NCBI GenBank assembly: GCA_963675665.1 | Contig: OY776510.1 | Coordinates: 1,952,001 to 2,016,000, forward strand | Direction of reading: 5' to 3' | Source: Spirochaetia bacterium | Lineage (GTDB): Bacteria > Spirochaetota > Spirochaetia > UBA9216 | DNA length: 64,000 nt | Shown here: positions 57,553 through 64,000 of the stretch, piece by piece | Layout: every line of letters starts with the position of its first letter | Position numbering within the stretch: the first letter of the stretch is position 1 | The notes under the pieces: generated by a model | Told to the model about the DNA's origin: nothing | What the model saw: only the letters and a program-made list of their open reading frames with translations | The model's database searches: none | Program-made: the position numbers and the translations under genes

Positions 57553-58575
57553 ATGGGAATGAAAATTGACCGGGAAAATCCTCTGCCACTTCAAAGGCAG
57601 CTGTACCTTGCATTGAAGGACTGGTTTATTTCGGATTTTTCTTCAGATGATATTCTTCCTTCCGAAATGGCCATATCCAAACAATTCGAAATATCTCAGG
57701 GTACCGTGAGAATAGCTCTCGATCTGCTGGTAAAAGAGGGTCTTATTGTCCGGACCCCGGGGAAGGGAACATTTTTAAACCCGGACTATAAGATTAAACT
57801 TACCAAATATAATCTGGGGGTAATTCTATCCGACGCTGATTTCTTCAGCAACTCCATCTGGGAACATGATGCCATGCACTATCTGGAAGTGATTAACGGC
57901 ATAGTAGGCTCCAATCTTTCTTATAATGTAACAACAGAATTTATTTCCGAAGATTTTTATACGGAAGAACTTGATAAAACCTATGACGGGTATATTCTGT
58001 GGCCTTTTATCCAGGATTCCGTAAGAAGATCACTGAAGCAGCCTTTTGTTGAACTGAAGAACAGCATTGATATTGAGGACGGTTTCAGAAAAATTGCAAA
58101 ACACATTGTTTCAAAAAAATATAAAAAAGCTGGATATATAGGATTTACATCTCTCGATCGTCTGAAAACCGTAAACAGTATTCTTAAAGATTCCATAATC
58201 GGTCCGATTTCGGACAGCCAGTATGTGGAATGCGGAGGAAGTTCCGATGAAGCGTACAGGTCCTGTATAAAACTCCTCCAGATAAATCCCGACACAGACT
58301 GTATAATCTGCTCAACCGACATGCGGGCACATGGTGTTTTAAAATACCTGGAAAGTATTGGAAAGCAGGTCCCTGAGGATATAGCAGTGTACGGTTTTGA
58401 CGGCACAAGGAATAACCGCAGGATCACCCCCTCTATTACTACCGTAATTTTTGAATGGAAAAGCCTCGGGGCTTTTGCCGTGAAACAGCTTCGAAATATT
58501 CTTGACGGTGTAGAAACAGAGGAATTCAAACCTGCCAGGGGAACTCTCGTACTCCAGGACAGCACTTTCCGCTAG
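57553..58575 (+). CDS. GntR-HTH / LacI-type effector-domain regulator (AraR-like architecture)
   Basis: 'LPSE..I...F.IS.GTVR.AL..L..EG....PGKGTF'; C-terminal 'VPEDIAVYGFD...PSITTV'. Confidence 0.85.
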   Translation: MGMKIDRENPLPLQRQLYLALKDWFISDFSSDDILPSEMAISKQFEISQGTVRIALDLLVKEGLIVRTPGKGTFLNPDYKIKLTKYNLGVILSDADFFSNSIWEHDAMHYLEVINGIVGSNLSYNVTTEFISEDFYTEELDKTYDGYILWPFIQDSVRRSLKQPFVELKNSIDIEDGFRKIAKHIVSKKYKKAGYIGFTSLDRLKTVNSILKDSIIGPISDSQYVECGGSSDEAYRSCIKLLQINPDTDCIICSTDMRAHGVLKYLESIGKQVPEDIAVYGFDGTRNNRRITPSITTVIFEWKSLGAFAVKQLRNILDGVETEEFKPARGTLVLQDSTFR

Positions 58576-58627
58576 GACTGCAATTTTTGTCGGGAATAAA
58601 ATTCTGTTTTTTTTTGCATTAAAATAT

Positions 58628-58647
58628 GTAAATATTTAAATATTTAC
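58628..58647. promoter_or_regulatory. Perfect 20-bp palindrome, candidate operator upstream of the SBP gene
   Basis: GTAAATATTTAAATATTTAC, immediately before TTGACT. Confidence 0.55.
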
Positions 58648-58707
58648 TTGACTTATTGACCGATCAAGACAAATAATAAAACAATCAATCTGAAAGGAGT
58701 TGTATTA

Positions 58708-60042
58708 ATGAAGAGATTAATTTTCGTTAGAGCCATTGTCGCTCTGTGTCTCCTGGCAGCTGTGGTTCTTCCTCTTTCGGCCTCCGGTGCCCAGGAAGAA
58801 GCCTCCACCGCCGGTGAAGAAGTTACAATCCAGTACTGGTCATGGGACCCCGAGTCCAAGGACAAAAATGAAGCCCTTATTGCCGATTTCGAGGCGGCTA
58901 ATCCGGGCATTAAGGTTGAATTGACTACCCTGGAACCCAGTGAGTACTGGACAAAAATCCGGATAATGGCAAATCAGAAAAAGCTTCCGGATGTTTTCAA
59001 CCTTAGTTCCGGTTATGTGGAAGAGTGGGCCAAGAACGATCTTCTTTACAATCTTGATGATCTTGTAAAGACAGAGCTGGATCACAATGCTTATTATATG
59101 AGTCTTTTTGACGCCGGCAGAGATGTAGCCGGAAGGGGAAGCTATTACGCTGTTCCCTATGCCCTTGTTACAACAAACCTGTTTTATAATATGGACATGT
59201 TTGATGAAGCGGGAATTGCTTATCCGGATGAAAACTGGACATGGGCGGATTTCCGGGCCGCGGCTAAAAAACTGACAAAAGACAAAAACGGCGACGGAAT
59301 TACCGATCAGTGGGGTTACTGGTTCTACGGACGCTATGCCCATGTTGAGTCCTGGGTTTATTCCAACAACGGTCGTCTTATTGACAGATCAAACAATACC
59401 TATGCGCCGGATGCAGCCGCCATGGAAGCACTGAAATTCCTTACAGATCTGGTTCTTGTAGACAAGGTTGCTCCGCCCAAAAAGGAAATGAGCGCATTCC
59501 GCCAGCAGGATGTTTTTCCACAGGAAGCAGCCGCCATGTTTGTTGACGGATCATGGAACATAGATAACAACAGAATAGTTGCTGATCCCGGTATGCGTTG
59601 GGGTATCGCTGAAATCCCCGTCGGACCCAAAGGCGACGGAACCATTACCTACGGATGGCCTGATTATCTGGCAATGTCTCCTACAACCAGGAATGCCGAT
59701 GCAGCATGGAAATTCACAAAATACCTTTCAGGTGAAGGTTTGACTATTGATATGTATATGCCGGGCAAGATACCCTCCTATAAAGCCCTTACCGAAAGCG
59801 AAGCATTTCTTGACAAGGGCATGATGCCTCCGAATAAGGATATTCTTATTAAACAGGCCGGCGAGACAATGCGGACTTCATTTACCCTCGGATGGGGTGA
59901 ATGGCGCGGTTACGGTGCCTCTGAAACCCTCGGTTTTAACGGAATAGTAGACGGAATTATCGACGGGGAATTTTCCTTTGAAAAAGGAATGGAAACAGCC
60001 CTGAAGAATGTAAACACAGTATTGGATCGGTATTACCGATAA
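58708..60042 (+). CDS. CUT1 (oligosaccharide/glycerophosphate class) ABC substrate-binding protein
   Basis: 'ASGAQEE' signal, 'FEAANPGIKV', 'PDVF', 'LFYNMDMFDEAG..YP..WTW'. Confidence 0.9.
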   Translation: MKRLIFVRAIVALCLLAAVVLPLSASGAQEEASTAGEEVTIQYWSWDPESKDKNEALIADFEAANPGIKVELTTLEPSEYWTKIRIMANQKKLPDVFNLSSGYVEEWAKNDLLYNLDDLVKTELDHNAYYMSLFDAGRDVAGRGSYYAVPYALVTTNLFYNMDMFDEAGIAYPDENWTWADFRAAAKKLTKDKNGDGITDQWGYWFYGRYAHVESWVYSNNGRLIDRSNNTYAPDAAAMEALKFLTDLVLVDKVAPPKKEMSAFRQQDVFPQEAAAMFVDGSWNIDNNRIVADPGMRWGIAEIPVGPKGDGTITYGWPDYLAMSPTTRNADAAWKFTKYLSGEGLTIDMYMPGKIPSYKALTESEAFLDKGMMPPNKDILIKQAGETMRTSFTLGWGEWRGYGASETLGFNGIVDGIIDGEFSFEKGMETALKNVNTVLDRYYR

Positions 60043-60051
60043 ACCATTTTT

Positions 60052-60081
60052 CCGGCGGGAAGCGGTTCCCGCCGGTTTTTT
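60052..60081 (+). terminator. Intercistronic hairpin after SBP gene
   Basis: ccggcgggaa-gcgg-ttcccgccgg followed by tttttt. Confidence 0.62.
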
Positions 60082-60091
60082 GAGGAATGTT

Positions 60092-60976
60092 ATGGGAAAA
60101 AAGCTTAGCTGGTACCGCAGAATAGACCCCTGGATATTATTGGTACCCACAGTGTTGGGGCTGTTTATCTTCCGGCTCGGACCTATTCTGGCTTCTCTTG
60201 GTTTAAGTTTCACCGACTGGGATATAATAAAAGCTCCAAAGTTTATTTTTCTTGATAATTACAGGGAACTTTTTACGAACCCGGCTTTTGTGAAAGTTTT
60301 GATGAATACCCTTCTTTTCGCTCTTATCTATGTAGTCGGGGTTACCGTGATCGGTCTGTTTCTTGCTGCCCTGTTGAATCGCAAGATCGGCGGGATCGGG
60401 TTTTTCCGTTCGGCATTTTACACGCCTGTAGTTACATCCGCGGTGGCAGTGGGTATCGTCTGGTCATGGATATTAAGTCCCAATTATGGAATTCTCAACA
60501 TTCTGCTTTTAAAATTAGGCATAACACCTCCCTACTGGGTGGGAGATAAAGCCTGGGCCCTTCCAACTGTTGCCTTTGTTCAGGTATGGAAGATGGCCGG
60601 ATATTATATGATTATTTTTCTTTCAGGACTTCAGAATATACCCAAATCCCTGAAAGAAGCGGCATATATAGACGGAGCGAGACCTCTGCAGTCGTTTTTC
60701 AGGATTACTCTTCCGTTGCTGTCGCCGACTACTTTTTTTGTTGTCAGTATTGCTATTATCGATTCTTTCAAGAACTTCGAGCTGATTTACGCCATGACCC
60801 AGGGAGGGCCCCAGAACGCCACCAATACCCTGGTTTATGACGTATATCTGAATGCTTTTGTTTACTACAGAATGGGTTACGCTTCAACCGTTGCCTGGGT
60901 GCTGATGCTCCTGGTTGCCGGGTTTACCGCTCTGAATTTCGCCCTCAAGAAACGTTGGGTTAATTATCAGTATTAA
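60092..60976 (+). CDS. CUT1 ABC permease (MalF/UgpA type)
   Basis: EAA loop 'EAAYIDGA', 'TQGGP', 'MGYAS'. Confidence 0.9.
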   Translation: MGKKLSWYRRIDPWILLVPTVLGLFIFRLGPILASLGLSFTDWDIIKAPKFIFLDNYRELFTNPAFVKVLMNTLLFALIYVVGVTVIGLFLAALLNRKIGGIGFFRSAFYTPVVTSAVAVGIVWSWILSPNYGILNILLLKLGITPPYWVGDKAWALPTVAFVQVWKMAGYYMIIFLSGLQNIPKSLKEAAYIDGARPLQSFFRITLPLLSPTTFFVVSIAIIDSFKNFELIYAMTQGGPQNATNTLVYDVYLNAFVYYRMGYASTVAWVLMLLVAGFTALNFALKKRWVNYQY

Positions 60977-60985
60977 GGGGAAGGC

Positions 60986-61819
60986 ATGAGAAAAGTAGGT
61001 GTTGCAATTATTTATATATTTCTTGGACTGTCCGCTGTTTTTACGCTTTTTCCTTTTCTCTGGATGGTTGGAAACTCTTTCAACACAGAAGGAAATATTT
61101 TCAAGATACCGCCGGATCTGATTCCGGACCTTCTTTTTACCGGCAGGATGTTTGAGAATTACACCAGGGTAATCGGGGAATTCAATTTCGGACGGTATAC
61201 AATTAACTCGTTTATTGTTGCCGGAGCATCTGCCCTCGGGCAGCTGGCAACATGCTCCATGGCGGGATTTACCATTGCATTGATGCGCTTCAGGGGAAGG
61301 AACCTGATCTTTATCCTGCTTCTGGCGTCCATGATGGTCCCTATTCAGGTTACGATCATACCGGAGTTTTTTTTGATGATGAAACTTGACTGGCTTGATT
61401 CATTTTTACCGCTTATAGTTCCCTCCCTGCTTGTGGGTACGTTCGGTACATTCATGTTCAAGGAGCATTACGAGAACATCCCCCGTTCCCTTCTGGAGGC
61501 CAGTGCGATTGACGGCGCCGGTGCCTTTACGATTTTTTTAAGGATTTATCTTCCCCAGAGCCAGAGTCAGGCTGCCACTCTGCTGATCATTGCTTTTATG
61601 AACAACTGGAACGATCTGCTGCGGCCGATTCTTTATATTTCCAACGAGAACCTGCAGACGGTAACCATGGCCCTTACCCAGTTTCAGTCCCAGTATACGG
61701 CGAAGTGGAACTTGCTGCTGACCGGCGGTGTCCTGTCGATCATACCTCTTCTGGCGCTTTATATATTCCTTCAGAGGTATATTATCGAGGGGGTTGCCGG
61801 AACAGGAACCAAGGGATAA
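60986..61819 (+). CDS. CUT1 ABC permease (MalG/UgpE type)
   Basis: 'EASAIDGA', 'WNDLLRP', 'QRYIIEG'. Confidence 0.9.
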   Translation: MRKVGVAIIYIFLGLSAVFTLFPFLWMVGNSFNTEGNIFKIPPDLIPDLLFTGRMFENYTRVIGEFNFGRYTINSFIVAGASALGQLATCSMAGFTIALMRFRGRNLIFILLLASMMVPIQVTIIPEFFLMMKLDWLDSFLPLIVPSLLVGTFGTFMFKEHYENIPRSLLEASAIDGAGAFTIFLRIYLPQSQSQAATLLIIAFMNNWNDLLRPILYISNENLQTVTMALTQFQSQYTAKWNLLLTGGVLSIIPLLALYIFLQRYIIEGVAGTGTKG

Positions 61820-61837
61820 CTCCAAACAGGGAAAATT

Positions 61838-63172
61838 ATGTCGGACCAGAAAATTAATATACAGCTTTGTCAGACTATTACAGCTTCCGGTGAGACAGTA
61901 AGATACCAGACAATTAAACTTCCGGTATCAGCCAGAAAGATTCATCTTGAGGGTTGTACGGATGCGGCAGTTCTGCAGCAGCTTAAAAGGCTGACGGAAA
62001 AACACCTTTTACCCAATAACAAAAACTGGAAATCGGTTTTTCTGTTTAATGCGGCAGCCTCCCGTAATCCTCCGTTTCCGGACCGCGACGGAAATCTTGT
62101 TATCATCGATTCTGTCGCCCGTACACGGTACTGGCTGGAAAAACTCAGAGACAATAACTCCCGATGGCTTGAGCGGTCCTCCGCTTCTTTATTTGTAAAT
62201 GAATTGCTTGATACCGGACAGGGGCTGATGGGCGGGGCTTCGGATGAAAAAATCTTTATAGTTCCCGTATATCCCGGAATGACCAGGTTGAGTGAGCATT
62301 ACGATCCCGGCAGGATTACGATTAATACACATTTCTTCCTTATGGAGCTTACCGATCTGCTTACGCCGTGGGATGTTATGGGCGAACCCTTCGGGTTGAG
62401 AATCCTGAACGGCAAAGTGGAGCTTCCTCCCCTTTACGGCAGAGATGTCCTTCTGTGGTCCCGGGAAAAGGGATGCGTAATAGATTCCATGGATGTCCGG
62501 GATAATATTGTTCTGCTTAACCATGTGAAAATGGAACATGGGGGAAACGCCTTCTTTTTTACCAGACCGGATTATGAAGTTACTCCGGTACAGCCGGGGA
62601 CCGACTGGGTAATCGTCGGAAGAAGGGTCCTTGCCCGGAAATACGGCGGCGGTACACCTGTTCCCGAAGCGGGATTTGTCTGTCATGTGAACGGCAAGTC
62701 TGACGATCTTCCGGTTTCCGCGGAATTCCTGACTGATGCAGAATGGGATTTTGGAATTCAGGGGGGGACCGCCATGGTGAAAAACGGTGAAAAATGCAGT
62801 GAAGTTCCTTTTCCGTTTTATAACGGAAAGGGAATACACTATCCTCCGACTGTATATCCCCAGGACTGGTCTAATGACAGGGCGGCAAGGACCGGTCTGG
62901 GAATTAACGGAGACAGAATGGTGCTCATATGTGTAGAAGGCAGCAAGGAACATTTATACCGTCACGGTGAGGACAGCACCGGGGTGTCTCTCAAGGAATT
63001 TGCCGATCTGGTTATGGAAACGGGAACACCGGATTTTATAAACCTTGACGGGGGCGGTTCCGCGCAGTTAAGCGTTTACGGCAAAAGATCACTCAAGTTA
63101 AGCGACCGGCATTCTACCGGTATGGATTTTGAACGTCCCGTACCTGCGGGAATGGGATTTGAAACCCTCTGA
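61838..63172 (+). CDS. Phosphodiester glycosidase (NAGPA/DUF2233) family protein
   Basis: 'RAARTGLG', 'VEG', 'GVSLKEFA', 'NLDGGGS'; no signal peptide. Confidence 0.75.
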   Translation: MSDQKINIQLCQTITASGETVRYQTIKLPVSARKIHLEGCTDAAVLQQLKRLTEKHLLPNNKNWKSVFLFNAAASRNPPFPDRDGNLVIIDSVARTRYWLEKLRDNNSRWLERSSASLFVNELLDTGQGLMGGASDEKIFIVPVYPGMTRLSEHYDPGRITINTHFFLMELTDLLTPWDVMGEPFGLRILNGKVELPPLYGRDVLLWSREKGCVIDSMDVRDNIVLLNHVKMEHGGNAFFFTRPDYEVTPVQPGTDWVIVGRRVLARKYGGGTPVPEAGFVCHVNGKSDDLPVSAEFLTDAEWDFGIQGGTAMVKNGEKCSEVPFPFYNGKGIHYPPTVYPQDWSNDRAARTGLGINGDRMVLICVEGSKEHLYRHGEDSTGVSLKEFADLVMETGTPDFINLDGGGSAQLSVYGKRSLKLSDRHSTGMDFERPVPAGMGFETL

Positions 63173-63184
63173 CTGTAAAGCGAA

Positions 63185-63976
63185 TTAAATCAGCTGGGCT
63201 TCGATCGACTTGAAGTAATTTACTGTTCCAACTTTCAGCTCAACAGTAGCATCTTCATCACACACAATAATTGCTTTGGGATGAAGCTGCATGCAGCTTA
63301 CCGTCCACATATGATTTACTCCCTGCTGAACAGCCTTTTCCAGGGCCCTTGCCTTGTTCAAACCGCTTGCGGCAAGCAGAACCTCTTCGGAATCCATAAT
63401 CGTTCCCACGCCTACCGTTAAAGCCATGCCGGGAACAGCGTTCACATCATTATTAAAAAATCTTGAATTATTTGCCTTTGTATCATGGGTGAGAGATTTG
63501 ATCCGGGTTCTGGATTTCAGACTGCTGCCGGGTTCATTAAAAGCAATGTGGCCATCTGCACCGACGCCTCCCAGAAAAAGGTTTATCCCACCGCATTCAT
63601 TTATCTTTTCTTCATATCTTCTGCACTCGGCTTCAAGATCGGAAGCCAGACCATTCGGGATGTTTATATTTTCTTCAGGAATATCAACATGCGAGAATAA
63701 TGATTTCTTCATGAAATAATAATAACTTTGTTCGTGTTCAGGCCCAAGCCCAACATATTCATCCATATTAAAGGTTATTACGTGTTTGAAGCTGATTTGT
63801 CTCTCATTATACAGTTTTATGAGTTCTTTATAGATTCCCAGCGGAGTTGACCCGGTCGGAAGTCCCAGTACGAACGGTTTATTTTTTGCAGGTTCAAATT
63901 CCCTGATGCGTCCGGCAATGTATTCAGCTGACCATCTGCTGAGACTGTCGTAATCTTTGTGTATAACTAACCTCAA
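63185..63976 (-). CDS. nagB: Glucosamine-6-phosphate deaminase
   Basis: 'MRLVI', 'LGLPTGSTP', 'FNMDEY', 'GHIAFNEP', 'NHMWT', 'ELKVGTV.YF'; TTG start after GAGGAG. Confidence 0.95.
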   Translation of the reverse strand: MRLVIHKDYDSLSRWSAEYIAGRIREFEPAKNKPFVLGLPTGSTPLGIYKELIKLYNERQISFKHVITFNMDEYVGLGPEHEQSYYYFMKKSLFSHVDIPEENINIPNGLASDLEAECRRYEEKINECGGINLFLGGVGADGHIAFNEPGSSLKSRTRIKSLTHDTKANNSRFFNNDVNAVPGMALTVGVGTIMDSEEVLLAASGLNKARALEKAVQQGVNHMWTVSCMQLHPKAIIVCDEDATVELKVGTVNYFKSIEAQLI

Positions 63977-64000
63977 TCCATTCTCCTCGTCCGTACATTT

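Noticed and set aside
1-64000. tRNA, rRNA, riboswitch, IS or prophage genes
   Set aside because: No cloverleaf, rRNA-like tract, transposase or integrase was recognised. Covariance searches were not run, so small RNAs cannot be excluded.

Overview
Bacterial carbohydrate-utilisation region, probably from an anaerobic spirochaete (inferred from the 'FAGGQQ/ASGAQEE'-type N-termini of the binding proteins). It has about 50 CDSs and no rRNA, tRNA, CRISPR array or IS element that I could see. Contents in order: (1) a sigma54-driven sugar ABC operon with DUF2148, six polyol-type dehydrogenases and a decayed GH105 gene; (2) a second sigma54-driven sugar ABC operon ending in a glycyl radical enzyme and its activase; (3) a YtfQRT/YjfF-like ABC operon and a divergent ABC operon with a DUF4432 epimerase; (4) a TetR-controlled N-acyl-D-amino acid/D-cysteine-desulfhydrase/RidA cassette; (5) a YesM/YesN/binding-protein three-component sensor; (6) a GntR-linked AOR, split transketolase and SDR operon; (7) an amino-sugar locus with two NagB genes and a NAGPA-family enzyme. 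The most striking feature is that each sigma54 operon sits next to an NtrC-type activator translationally coupled to a soluble histidine kinase whose input domain is a degenerate copy of a sugar-ABC ATPase domain (ABC-PAS-HisKA-HATPase). This suggests a transporter-coupled signalling system. All calls come from reading motifs by eye; no database searches were run.
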